NCBI GenBank assembly: GCA_965223005.1
Contig: CBDCVK010000002.1
Location: 352,001 to 416,000, forward strand
Direction of reading: 5' to 3'
DNA length: 64,000 bases
Origin: Terriglobia bacterium
GTDB taxonomy: Bacteria; Acidobacteriota; Terriglobia; JAJPHL01; JAPKYU01
Both the position numbers and the translations under genes were made by a program. The stretch's first letter is position 1. Each line of letters opens with the position of its first letter. The notes under the pieces are model-generated. The model saw only the letters and a program-made list of their open reading frames with translations. It made no database searches and was not told the origin of the DNA. Shown piece after piece: positions 29,410-39,118 of this stretch.

Positions 29410-30384
29410 ATGCCAAATGCCATCCTGACGGTCCTTGAGCAGCGGGAGGGCAGGCTGAATCGCATGAGCCTGGAGGCACTGGCGGCAGCCCAGGCCATCG
29501 GCGGGGAGCTGGGTCGGGACTCCGAGGCGGTCGTACCCGGGCAGGGCGGAGCAGGGCTGGCTGTCGAGATCCCGGCCGCCCGCGTCTACACTCTGGAGCA
29601 TCCGCTGCTGGAGCCCTACACGACCGACGCCCATTGCCTGGCATTAAAGCAGGCGGTGGAACAATTGAAGCCTTGGCTGGTGCTGCTGCCGCATACCTAC
29701 CAGGTGCGCGACTTCGCGCCGAAGCTAGCGGCGTCGCTGGGCCGCGGCTTCATCAGCGACTGCATCGGCCACCAGATCCAGGACGGCGAACTGCTGTTTA
29801 CCCGGCAACTGTTTCAGGGCCGCATCAACGCCGACGTGGCCTTCGCTGGCGACCCACCCTATTTCGCCTCCGTTCAGGCAGGGGCCTTCCGCGCCGATCA
29901 GCTTCCCGCCACGACGCCCGCGGTGGAAAAGATCGAGGTGCGGCTCGAGGCTTCCGACATCCGCACCGTCCCCGGCGAACTGTTCCAAGAAGCCAAGCGC
30001 ACGGTGGACCTGAGTCAGGCCGAGGTGATTGTGGCCGTGGGACGGGGCATAAAGGAGAAGGAAAACCTGGCCCTCGCCGAGCAGCTCTGCCAGGTGCTCA
30101 ACGCGGAGCTGGGCGCTTCGCGACCCATTTGTGACAATGGTTGGCTGCCCATGGAGCGGCAGATTGGCAGCTCGGGCCAAACCGTCGCCCCCAAACTGTA
30201 CATCGGCCTGGGCATCTCTGGTGCCATCCAGCACCAGGTGGGCATGAAGAGCTCGCGGACCATCGTTGCAGTCAACAAGGATCGCAACGCTCCCATCTTC
30301 GAGGTGGCCGACTACGGGATCGCCGCCGACCTGTTCACTCTGGTTCCCGCTCTCATTGAGGAAATCAAGAAGGCGAAAGGGTGA
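29410..30384 (+). CDS. etfA: Electron transfer flavoprotein alpha subunit
   Basis: VAVGRGI, GASRP, QIGSSGQTVAPKLYIGLGISGAIQH. Confidence 0.95.
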   Translation: MPNAILTVLEQREGRLNRMSLEALAAAQAIGGELGRDSEAVVPGQGGAGLAVEIPAARVYTLEHPLLEPYTTDAHCLALKQAVEQLKPWLVLLPHTYQVRDFAPKLAASLGRGFISDCIGHQIQDGELLFTRQLFQGRINADVAFAGDPPYFASVQAGAFRADQLPATTPAVEKIEVRLEASDIRTVPGELFQEAKRTVDLSQAEVIVAVGRGIKEKENLALAEQLCQVLNAELGASRPICDNGWLPMERQIGSSGQTVAPKLYIGLGISGAIQHQVGMKSSRTIVAVNKDRNAPIFEVADYGIAADLFTLVPALIEEIKKAKG

Positions 30385-31796
30385 AACAATTGCCGGTTTC
30401 GAATCGGAGGTCGCGGGTTTTGAAAACCCACACTCCGCGGTCTGGGACTCGAAACTGGCTGAGGATGGTACTGGTCGCCGTCCTGGGCATCGCAATTTGG
30501 CCCGGGCAATACTGTGTCCAAGCAGGTGGACGAGCGGGGGCACAGGCGGGCAATCAGCCCGCAATCGGCAATCCGCAATCGGTAATCGTCCTTCAGGGCG
30601 GGACGCTGTTTGATGGGACCGGCGCGCCACCGCTCGGTGACGCGGTGGTCGTCATTCGTGGCGATCGGATTGTGGCCGTCGGCCGCCGTGGCCAGGTTGC
30701 CACGCCGGCGGGCGCGCGTGTGCTCTCCACGACCGGCCGGACCGTTCTGCCCGGTTTCATTGACTTGCATTTCCATTTCGACCTGCGCCGACACCCCGGC
30801 CTGCCGGTCGCCTTCCTGCTCAACGGCGTCACCACCGTGCGCGACATGGGCAACTGGATCGAGGACGATCAGGAGGTGCTGAAAAAGCTCCGTGCTTACG
30901 GCCTTCCGCTACCCCGCTTCCTGATGTCCGGCCCGCTTCTGGACGGCCCCGACCCCGCTCACCCGCGCGAGGCCATTGTCCTGCTGGATCGGCTGGACGC
31001 CGAGCGCGAGGCCACCCGGCTCATTGATGCCGGAGCCAGCTCACTGAAGGTGTACTTCCGCCTGCCGCTCTCGCTGATGAAGACGGTGATGGAGGTGGCG
31101 CACCGGCGAGGAGTGCACGTTACCGGCCACCTGGAGATTGTGGACGTGCGGGAGGCGGTGAACCTGGGGTTGGACGGCATTGAGCATGTTACTTCGGTGG
31201 GCTTGGCGCTGCTGCCGCCTCCGGAGGCGGAACGCTACAGGCAGGCGGTGCTGAAGAACAACGAGGCACGCCGCAAGGGCCGCTACGATGTTTGGGAAAA
31301 GGTGAATGTCTCCTCGCCGCGGACTCAAGAGCTAATTCGCTTTCTGGTCGCTCGTGGAGTCTACCTGGACCCGACCATTGCCGTGTTCGAGATACCGCGC
31401 CGTTCCCTTGGAGACCGGCAGCCGCGTTCGGTGCGGAACATGGCTGCCTTTGCCGTCGCCTTCCAACGCGCCGGAGGCAGGTTGGTGGTGGGATCGCACG
31501 GCAGCGTGCCTAACGCCGAGACAGGTTTTGCCTTTCACCGGGAACTGGAGGCCTACGTGGAAGCAGGTCTTTCCCCCGCTCAGGCGCTGGTGGCGGCTAC
31601 GCGTGCCGGTGCCGAAGCGCTGCGACTGGATGACGTCGGCACGATCCGACCGGGCAAGGTCGCCGACATCGTGGTGGTCGATGGTGATCCGCTGACCAAC
31701 ATCCGGGACACGCGCAAAATTAAGCTGGTGATCCGCGAGGGCATGGTGTTAGATCGCGCCCAGGTGGCAAGCCGGCTGCGCACCCTGGGAGAATAA
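30381..31796 (+). CDS. Amidohydrolase family protein, likely secreted; start uncertain
   Basis: PGFIDLHFH, GVTTVRDMG, GHL, GIEHV, GTIRPGKVADIVVVDGDPL; beta8 motif is GSHG instead of GTD. Confidence 0.88.
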   Translation: MKQLPVSNRRSRVLKTHTPRSGTRNWLRMVLVAVLGIAIWPGQYCVQAGGRAGAQAGNQPAIGNPQSVIVLQGGTLFDGTGAPPLGDAVVVIRGDRIVAVGRRGQVATPAGARVLSTTGRTVLPGFIDLHFHFDLRRHPGLPVAFLLNGVTTVRDMGNWIEDDQEVLKKLRAYGLPLPRFLMSGPLLDGPDPAHPREAIVLLDRLDAEREATRLIDAGASSLKVYFRLPLSLMKTVMEVAHRRGVHVTGHLEIVDVREAVNLGLDGIEHVTSVGLALLPPPEAERYRQAVLKNNEARRKGRYDVWEKVNVSSPRTQELIRFLVARGVYLDPTIAVFEIPRRSLGDRQPRSVRNMAAFAVAFQRAGGRLVVGSHGSVPNAETGFAFHRELEAYVEAGLSPAQALVAATRAGAEALRLDDVGTIRPGKVADIVVVDGDPLTNIRDTRKIKLVIREGMVLDRAQVASRLRTLGE

Positions 31797-31809
31797 CTGG
31801 GTTAGGCCG

Positions 31810-31857
31810 GGAGATTGCGAACAAGAGATCCGCAATCCCCAATCCGTATTTGAAATT
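31810..31857. repeat. Short 7-nt-periodic repeat (aatccgc-like)
   Basis: gagattgcga...atccgcaatccccaatccgtatt; same type as 30551-30581. Confidence 0.5.
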
Positions 31858-31862
31858 CTTTC

Positions 31863-33524
31863 ATGCCCCCGCGAGAAGTCCTGGAAGCCGACGTGGTGAT
31901 CGTTGGGGCTGGCCCGGCGGGGCTGGCCTGTGCCCTACGCCTGGCCCAGCGGGCCGCGGCGCAGCCCGGCACGCTCAATCTGGAAAACGTCTACGTGCTG
32001 GAGAAAGGGCGCGAGGTGGGCGCGCACCTGCTCTCCGGCGCAATCCTCGATCTGCGCTCCCTCCGCGAGCTGCTCCCCGGCTTTGAGGCCAAGGCGCCGT
32101 TCGATTGCCCGGTGGCAAACGATGCGGTTTATTTTTTCACCCAGCGCAGCCATTTCAAGTTTCCCATCACGCCCCCTTTCCTCCACAACACGGGCAACTA
32201 CGTCGTATCACTGAATCGCCTGGGCAAATGGATGGGACAAGAGGTGGAAGAGGCCGGGATCACCATTTTTACCGACACGGCAGGCGTGCAAGTGCTTTAT
32301 GACGAGAAAGGCGCCGTCGCCGGCGTGCGGACCGGAGACAAAGGAGTGGACCGGCAGGGCCGCCCTAAAGAAAACCACCAGCCCGGAAGCGATCTCCACG
32401 CTCGTGTGACCGTCATTGCTGAAGGCCCGCGCGGCTCCCTGGCCAAGCAACTTTTCCTGGAAAAGGAACTGGAGAAGGGCATCAACCCCATGACCTACGG
32501 CTTGGGCTTGAAGGAGTTGTGGGAAGTACCCGCTGGGCGCCTGGCGCCGGGTACCGTCATCCACACGCTGGGCTGGCCCTTGAGCCAGGACCAGTACGGC
32601 GGCGGATTTCTCTACGGGATGCGCAACAACCTGGTGTCACTTGGGCTGGTGGTCGGACTGGATTACCGCAACCCGCTGGTCGATCCCCACACCGCGTTCC
32701 AGCACTGGAAGACCCACCCGTTCCTGCGTGCGCTGCTGAAAGGCGGCCGCCTGATGAAATACGGCGCCAAGACAATTCCCGAGGGTGGCTACTTCTCCAT
32801 GCCGCGACTGGTGACCGACGGCGCGGTGATCCTTGGCGACTCAGCCGGCTTGCTCAATGCGCAACGGCTCAAGGGCATCCACCTGGCTATCAAGAGCGGG
32901 ACGCTGGCCGCCGATGCCATCTTCGACTCCTTCGCCGCGCGAGATTTTTCCCAACAACGGCTCTCTGCCTACGAAAGGAACTTCAAGGAAAGCTGGGCCG
33001 GGCAGGAACTGTGGAAGGTGCGCAACTTTCACCAGGCTTATGAGAAGGGCCTTCTGCGGGGCATGCTGCACACTGGATTGCAGATGCTAACCGGGGGCCG
33101 CGGCCTTTGGTCCCGTTACTCAGCCGAGGCGGGCCACCGGCGGCTGAAAAAACTGCCACAGTTGCGGCCTGAACGCCCGCGCCCACAACCGCTGGCGCTA
33201 GCTCCAGACGGGCACCTGACGTTCGATAAGCTCACCGACGTCTTCCACTCGGCGACCAAGCACGAAGAAGATCAGCCGGCGCATCTGATCATTCACGATA
33301 CCAACATTTGCAACGACCGCTGCACCAGGGAATTCGGTAATCCCTGCCAGTACTTCTGCCCGGCCGCGGTCTATGAAATGGTTGAGAAGGACGGCCGGAA
33401 GCAGATTCACCTGAATCCCTCCAACTGCGTCCACTGCAAGACCTGCGATATCATGGACCCCTACGAGATCATTACCTGGGTGCCGCCGGAAGGCGGCGGC
33501 GGTCCGAACTACGAAAACCTGTAG
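31863..33524 (+). CDS. ETF-ubiquinone oxidoreductase (ETF-QO)
   Basis: VGAGPAGL, LSGAI, KGIHLAIKSG, C-terminal 4Fe-4S motifs FCPAAVYE and NCVHCKTCDIMDP, PEGGGGP. Confidence 0.96.
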   Translation: MPPREVLEADVVIVGAGPAGLACALRLAQRAAAQPGTLNLENVYVLEKGREVGAHLLSGAILDLRSLRELLPGFEAKAPFDCPVANDAVYFFTQRSHFKFPITPPFLHNTGNYVVSLNRLGKWMGQEVEEAGITIFTDTAGVQVLYDEKGAVAGVRTGDKGVDRQGRPKENHQPGSDLHARVTVIAEGPRGSLAKQLFLEKELEKGINPMTYGLGLKELWEVPAGRLAPGTVIHTLGWPLSQDQYGGGFLYGMRNNLVSLGLVVGLDYRNPLVDPHTAFQHWKTHPFLRALLKGGRLMKYGAKTIPEGGYFSMPRLVTDGAVILGDSAGLLNAQRLKGIHLAIKSGTLAADAIFDSFAARDFSQQRLSAYERNFKESWAGQELWKVRNFHQAYEKGLLRGMLHTGLQMLTGGRGLWSRYSAEAGHRRLKKLPQLRPERPRPQPLALAPDGHLTFDKLTDVFHSATKHEEDQPAHLIIHDTNICNDRCTREFGNPCQYFCPAAVYEMVEKDGRKQIHLNPSNCVHCKTCDIMDPYEIITWVPPEGGGGPNYENL

Positions 33525-33564
33525 GAAATCCGGCGCATTCCCTCGGTGCAAAGCCGGTGAAGGA

Positions 33565-34524
33565 TCACTCGCGCACGAATTTCTGAACCCGCCAGTTCAG
33601 GATTTCCGACACGTAGATTTCCCCATTCTTGCCGATCGCAATATGATGGACGTAGCTGAACTGCCCTGGGCTTCGGCCCGGCGCGCCGAGCGTGCCCAGG
33701 ATCTTGCCTTCCAGGTCCAGTTTCAACACCCGGTTGGCATAGCCGTCGCTCATGTAGATGTGCTGTTCCGGCGTAATCTCCAGGCCCCAGGGCGCGCCCA
33801 CATGCGTCCATTGGCGCAGGAACTTGCCGTCAGCGTCGAAAATCTGGATGCGTTTATTCTCGCGGTCGGCGATGTAGACCAGGCCCTTGGCGTCCACGGC
33901 GACCGAGTGCGGCGTGTCGAACTCCCCGGGACCGGTGCCCTTCTTTCCCCATGTCTTCAACAGGCGGCCGTCGGGAGAGAACTTCACCACGCGCGAGTTG
34001 CCGTAGCCATCGGTGACATAAATGTCGCCGTTGGGAGCGAAGGCGATATCGGTCGGCCGGTCGAAGAACTCGTTGTCGCTCTTCCCCAGGCCCTTTTTCC
34101 CCAGCACCATCTCCACCCGTCCGGACCGATTGAACTTGAGCACCATGTGACCTTCGACATCCACCGCCCAGATATTGCCCTGCGGGTCTACCTCCACGCC
34201 GTGAGCGGCAACAAACAGCCCTGCGCCGATTTCGCGCACCAATTCCCCGCTGGGTTCGAATTCCAGCAGCGGATGCGGGCCGCGATGGAAGACGTAGATG
34301 TGGCCGCGGGCATCGGTGGCCACGCCCCCGGTTTCTCCCAAGTTCCAGCCGGGCGGCAGCCGGAGCCAGTCCGGCACGAGGCGATAGGGCAGCTCGGGTA
34401 GCTCCGAGGACGCCGGTCCCCCGGCAGCACCTGCCGGCTTGGCTGGTTCATGAGCGGTCAGGCAGGCGGCAAAGGCCAGCAGCAAAATCATCGTACGTCC
34501 CATCGCATGCAAAGATAGGGGCAT
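33565..34524 (-). CDS. NHL-repeat protein, peptidyl-alpha-hydroxyglycine amidating lyase-like
   Basis: Signal peptide; AHGVEVD, TDGYGNSRVVKF, PHSVAVD, ADRENKRIQIF. Confidence 0.88.
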   Translation of the reverse strand: MPLSLHAMGRTMILLLAFAACLTAHEPAKPAGAAGGPASSELPELPYRLVPDWLRLPPGWNLGETGGVATDARGHIYVFHRGPHPLLEFEPSGELVREIGAGLFVAAHGVEVDPQGNIWAVDVEGHMVLKFNRSGRVEMVLGKKGLGKSDNEFFDRPTDIAFAPNGDIYVTDGYGNSRVVKFSPDGRLLKTWGKKGTGPGEFDTPHSVAVDAKGLVYIADRENKRIQIFDADGKFLRQWTHVGAPWGLEITPEQHIYMSDGYANRVLKLDLEGKILGTLGAPGRSPGQFSYVHHIAIGKNGEIYVSEILNWRVQKFVRE

Positions 34525-34547
34525 TCCCACGTTCCTCCTCTGGGCGC

Positions 34548-34576
34548 AGCATACTCGCCGAACGGGGTCCCGTCAA
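34548..34576 (-). promoter_or_regulatory. Sigma70 promoter for the NHL/PAL-like gene
   Basis: TTGACG, 17-nt spacer, TATGCT. Confidence 0.65.
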
Positions 34577-34657
34577 TACGCGGGCTCTGGTCACCCATTT
34601 CAGGCTCCGCGAGTCCAGGCTGGCAAGCGAGATTCATCCGTGATTTGATAAGGGGTC

Positions 34658-35539
34658 ATGCGGCTCGACGGGATTTTTCCTCCGATTTGTACGCCGTTTC
34701 TGTTGAATGGGGAATTTTCACCCGTGCATCTGCGGGCTAATATCGAGAAATGGAACAAGACGGGTGTGTCCGGCTACGTGCCGACCGGCTCCACAGGCGA
34801 GTCGGTCTTCTTGACCCGGGAGGAGACCTTGAAGGTTTGGGAGGCAGCGCGCGAAGCTGCCGGTCCGGGCAAGCTGCTCATCGCCGGCACGGGCGCCGAG
34901 TCGGTGCAAGAAACCATCGAGCTGACCAAGCTGGCGACTGAGCGTGGCTGTGACGCGGCCCTGGTGCGCACGCCCCATTATTTCAAGGCCCAGATGAACC
35001 GGCCCGAAACACAGCTGACCTACTTCCGCATGGTGGCCGATGCCGCCAAAATCCCCATTTTCCTTTACAACTTCCCGCAGGCTACCGGGCTGGACCTTCC
35101 CGTCGAAGTGGTCCTGCAGCTCTCCCAACATCCCAATATCCCGGGCATCAAGGAGAGCTCGGGCAACGTGGAGAAAGTGGCCCGCATGGTGGACCAAACG
35201 TCGCAGGGGTTTCAGGTGTTGGTGGGCTCAGCGGCGACGCTCTACCGCAGTCTCTGCGCGGGCGCCGCGGGTGGCATCCTGGCTTTGGCGAACGCGGCTC
35301 CCTGCGCGTCCCTGGGCATCTACGAGGCCTGGAAAGCGCGCGATTCCGAGACGGCGCACGAGCGCCAGCAGATGATCAGCGGAGTTGCAGCAGCGATTGC
35401 CAAGTTTGGCATTCCCGGGTTGAAGTACGCCATGGACCTGAACGGCTACTATGGCGGCCCTTGTCGCCTCCCGCTGCTTCCTCTAAGTCCCGCCGAAAAG
35501 GCAGAGGTCGAGGAGGCGTTCCGCAAGGTTCGCGCGTAA
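34658..35539 (+). CDS. DapA/NAL-family class I aldolase (HOGA-like)
   Basis: GSTGES, LYNFP, Schiff-base GIKESSG. Confidence 0.88.
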   Translation: MRLDGIFPPICTPFLLNGEFSPVHLRANIEKWNKTGVSGYVPTGSTGESVFLTREETLKVWEAAREAAGPGKLLIAGTGAESVQETIELTKLATERGCDAALVRTPHYFKAQMNRPETQLTYFRMVADAAKIPIFLYNFPQATGLDLPVEVVLQLSQHPNIPGIKESSGNVEKVARMVDQTSQGFQVLVGSAATLYRSLCAGAAGGILALANAAPCASLGIYEAWKARDSETAHERQQMISGVAAAIAKFGIPGLKYAMDLNGYYGGPCRLPLLPLSPAEKAEVEEAFRKVRA

Positions 35540-35677
35540 GCAAGGTCGGCCCCAGATATCGCCGATATATAGAGATACGGATCGCTTGACTGTTGGCCGA
35601 ACCCCGTTAGTATATTCTTGTCTCCGAAAGGGCCCCTTATCCTTGGCAGGAGGCAAACGGAGGGCCATAGAGTAAAC

Positions 35678-36622
35678 ATGTTTCGGGCCGATCTGCACGT
35701 CCATTCCTATTTCTCGGGCACCGCCGGGCACCTGCGCATCCTCCGCTGTCGCGATTCCTATTCCTCGCCGCTGGCCGTTTACCGCACGGCCAAGAAGCGG
35801 GGCATGGACCTGGTGACCATCACCGACCATGATTCCATTGACGGCTGCCTGGAACTGCTGAACCGCCACCCGGTGGAGGACTTTCTGATCGGCGAGGAGG
35901 TCACGACTTACGTGCCCGAGTTCGGGCACCGGATCCACATTGGCGTGTACGGCATCACGGAAAGCCAGCACCGCGACATCCAGAAGTTGCGCGGCGACGT
36001 TCGGGAGCTGGTGGGATATCTGCGCGCGCAGAAGGTGCTGTTTGCCTTGAACCATTTCTTTCACGACTTCCATCAGACCGAGCACCTGCAGAAGTACATG
36101 GCGCGGATGGCGGAGCTGTTCGATGTGTTCGAAGAGCAGAATGGCTCGATGCAACGGGTCCACAACCTGTTTGTCTCGCAACTGCTCCAGCACTTGGAGC
36201 GGCAAGGCAAGCGGCTGTCCCGTGTTGGCGGCAGCGATTCCCATACGCTGCGCCGCATCGGCCGCACCTACACGGTGGCTCAGGCAGCGCGCACCAAAGA
36301 GGAGTTCCTGGCCGCTATCCGCGACGGCCGCACCTATGTGACCGGCTCGCACTGCAACCAGTGGCAGTTGGCCGGTGACATTTATGGCGTGGTCCTGCGC
36401 TACTACCCCTACATCGTGGACGTGCGCTCGGGCGAATTCTCCCTGCTGAAGCGCCTGCGCAATCTGGGCATCAGCATTGGACTGCTGCCCTTCATGGTGA
36501 TCCCCTATCTGGCCGCGGCCCGGCACAGCCGCTCGGAAAGCCAGCGGGTGCGCCGCTTTGCCGAGCAATTCTTCCGCGAGATGGCGCCGGTAGCCGAGGA
36601 GCAAGGCGGCCAGCCGGTCTAG
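35678..36622 (+). CDS. PHP-domain phosphoesterase
   Basis: DLHVHS, TDHD, GEEV, NHFF, GGSDSH; start ATG 35678. Confidence 0.85.
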   Translation: MFRADLHVHSYFSGTAGHLRILRCRDSYSSPLAVYRTAKKRGMDLVTITDHDSIDGCLELLNRHPVEDFLIGEEVTTYVPEFGHRIHIGVYGITESQHRDIQKLRGDVRELVGYLRAQKVLFALNHFFHDFHQTEHLQKYMARMAELFDVFEEQNGSMQRVHNLFVSQLLQHLERQGKRLSRVGGSDSHTLRRIGRTYTVAQAARTKEEFLAAIRDGRTYVTGSHCNQWQLAGDIYGVVLRYYPYIVDVRSGEFSLLKRLRNLGISIGLLPFMVIPYLAAARHSRSESQRVRRFAEQFFREMAPVAEEQGGQPV

Positions 36623-36668
36623 CGCCAGCTCGCAGTGCCTCTCAGAGAAGGCTGCAACCAAACTCCGC

Positions 36669-37460
36669 ATGAAACTTGGACTGTCGCTCGAAATGATTTT
36701 TACGGGGGAGCCGTACCTCCAGCGGATAGCCCGGGCCGCCAGGCTGGGCGTCCAGGGCGTGGAGTTCTGGACCGCCGAGGGGAAGAACTTCGACGAATTC
36801 AAAGCGGCCGCCAGCGCGGGGGGTCTGGAGATTGCGGCTTTCAGCGCGAGCCGCCTGGCTTCCTTGGTAAAGGAAGGCGACCGGGAAGCGCTGTTGGCCG
36901 AGATCGGCGATTCACTGGAGACCGCAAAGCGCCTGGGGTGCCCTGGACTGCTGTTGGTGAGCGAGGCAATGCATCCGGACGGTAGCTCGACTGTGGATGA
37001 GCGAATTCCCGCTGCCGTCCGGAAGACCAGCATGGTCGCTGGCTTGAAAGCGCTGGCCCCGATGGCGGAACGGGCCGGATGTGAGCTGTGGCTGGAGCCC
37101 CTCAACACCCACCGCGATCACCTCCACTTTTCCCTCTCAAGTACTGAGACGGCCCTGGAAATCCTGGAGGAAGTGGGCCATCCTTCCATCCGCCTGCTGC
37201 TGGACTCCTACCACATGGCGCTGATGGACGAAGATGTCTGCGCCATGCTGCGACGTTCCTTTCCATTCCTCGGCCACGTCCACGTCGCCGGCACAACGGA
37301 GCGCGGCGAACTCGACCGCAGCGAGCTCGACTACCGCCTCGTGGCCGAGACACTCCACTCCCTCGACTACCGTGGCTATGTGGGCTTGGAGTTTGCGCCG
37401 CGCGGTCCGGAGGAAGACGCCGTACGCCACGCCGTCGAGATCTTTACGCGCGGCGGCTGA
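36669..37460 (+). CDS. Hydroxypyruvate-isomerase-like TIM-barrel isomerase/epimerase
   Basis: GVEFW, LEPLN, LLDSYH, HVHVA, YRGYVGLEF. Confidence 0.85.
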   Translation: MKLGLSLEMIFTGEPYLQRIARAARLGVQGVEFWTAEGKNFDEFKAAASAGGLEIAAFSASRLASLVKEGDREALLAEIGDSLETAKRLGCPGLLLVSEAMHPDGSSTVDERIPAAVRKTSMVAGLKALAPMAERAGCELWLEPLNTHRDHLHFSLSSTETALEILEEVGHPSIRLLLDSYHMALMDEDVCAMLRRSFPFLGHVHVAGTTERGELDRSELDYRLVAETLHSLDYRGYVGLEFAPRGPEEDAVRHAVEIFTRGG

Positions 37461-37500
37461 CGCCATGCATGGCTCGTTGGAAAACGTAGGGGAAACGCGG

Positions 37501-38817
37501 GGTAATGGGTCAGTTTCCGAGAAGCCGACTATACGGCCAAGTGACCGCTGACGCTAGACGCGGAGCGGCAAAGCGCTGCGATAGTTTCTGAGTTGGCGAC
37601 TACCCAGGAATAGACAACAGATCGGTGTTAAATTAAGAGTTCGGTGCACTGTTGCTGTGATCAGCTTCCCTGGGAGGGAAGGATTGGAAGGCGATATGAA
37701 AGCCAGACGCTTCCGAACTTCTGAGAGCCTTAAGTCTGAGCGTGTCACGCGTAACATGCTTCCAAAATCCCTGAACCGCTGGGGCTTCGGGGTCGTGAGC
37801 GACGATCGCAGCCGCAATGGGCAGACTATCGTCGCGACAACTCCAGGAGGCGACCAGCTGACGATGCGAGTCCGCCTGTGCTGGCGTCGCCAGAGCGGAA
37901 GTCGGGACTCAAGCCGCGTGAGGACGTACTCGGCTGCGCAGTTGTTGGCCAAGATCAAGAATAATGATTGGGTCGGAACACTGCGCGAGAAGGTTAACCG
38001 GGAGCGAGCTCGGGGCGTAACGCACTTTCTTCTTATCCAGAACGATGACAAACGCATTAGATATGCAGCATTGGTGCCGCTCTCGGGGCTTCTCCCTATT
38101 TGGATCGCCCAACGAGACATCAGCGCACGGCTGATCCGTCAGGGTCGACTCGGCCGCAGAAGAAAAAACCATGCGATGAATGGATCGAGCCCCACGTTAT
38201 GGTTGCAGGACGACCGTGCTCCGGAGGTGGCACGGGCGCTTTGGAACCACCGTGGTGTCCTGGATCTCGCGAAAGGAGAACCGCAGCCTGCAGTGTCGGT
38301 TAGTCTGCCCGACGAAGAAGCAAGTCGGGTCGGATCGGACGATGACGCCAACTACAGTCCCCAAGAGGGTGACTGGCGACAGCTAGTCGAGCGACAAATC
38401 CGCGAACGCCGGGGGCAGCAGCATTTTCGCGATGCCTTACGTAAGCGGCACGGGGACCGGTGCCTAGTGACTGGATGCACGATCCTGGCGGTACTGGAGG
38501 CGGCGCACATCAAGCCATACCAAGGCGAAAACGACAATCATCCTGAAAACGGGCTGCTGCTGCGGTCTGACATTCATACGCTGTTCGACCTGAACTTGCT
38601 TGGGATTGGACCGGATCGGTTGCAGGTGGAGTTGCATCCAGGTCTCGCCAAGGAGTATGGAAACCTCGCCGGGACAACGCTCGGTTGTGCGCTGGGCCAC
38701 CGACCTTCGCAACAGGCATTAAAGCAGCGGTACAGGCAGTTTCAGCAGACGCTTCATTGGCCAGCATGAACGGTGCGACGGCTCAGTGATCGTATTAACG
38801 GAAACTGACCCACTACC
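37501..38817. mobile_element. Non-autonomous IS1-like cassette: 19-bp terminal inverted repeats, no transposase, HNH cargo
   Basis: Left ggtaatgggtcagtttccg (37501-37519); reverse complement of right end ggtagtgggtcagtttccg (38799-38817), 18/19 identical; imperfect 7-bp flanking direct repeat aacgcgg/aacgggg; interior visibly more AT-rich. Confidence 0.8.
37696..38769 (+). CDS. HNH endonuclease with uncharacterised N-terminal domain
   Basis: RERRGQQHFR, CLVTG, LEAAHIKPY, NGLLLRSDIHTLFD (HNH_2-type); ATG 37696 after a purine-rich SD. Confidence 0.88.
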   Translation: MKARRFRTSESLKSERVTRNMLPKSLNRWGFGVVSDDRSRNGQTIVATTPGGDQLTMRVRLCWRRQSGSRDSSRVRTYSAAQLLAKIKNNDWVGTLREKVNRERARGVTHFLLIQNDDKRIRYAALVPLSGLLPIWIAQRDISARLIRQGRLGRRRKNHAMNGSSPTLWLQDDRAPEVARALWNHRGVLDLAKGEPQPAVSVSLPDEEASRVGSDDDANYSPQEGDWRQLVERQIRERRGQQHFRDALRKRHGDRCLVTGCTILAVLEAAHIKPYQGENDNHPENGLLLRSDIHTLFDLNLLGIGPDRLQVELHPGLAKEYGNLAGTTLGCALGHRPSQQALKQRYRQFQQTLHWPA

Positions 38818-38852
38818 AACGGGGACGAGTCGTGGCGCCACCCGTTCCCGCG

Positions 38853-38861
38853 TGGTATCAT
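38853..38861 (+). promoter_or_regulatory. Extended -10 for SRP RNA
   Basis: TG-g-TATCAT about 10 nt before the ffs stem. Confidence 0.55.
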
Positions 38862-38871
38862 CAGTAGTTGT

Positions 38872-38976
<105 letters not shown>

Positions 38977-39118
38977 CACTTTCGCCCGGTGACATTCCAC
39001 TTCAGATTGGCCGGTGATCTGGGTTCAGGCTACTGCCTGCATCTGTCTCTTCAAATCGTATCTTATTGCCGCTCCAGTCCGTCCATAGGCCTGGACGCCA
39101 TAAGCGTGGAGGGAAAGC

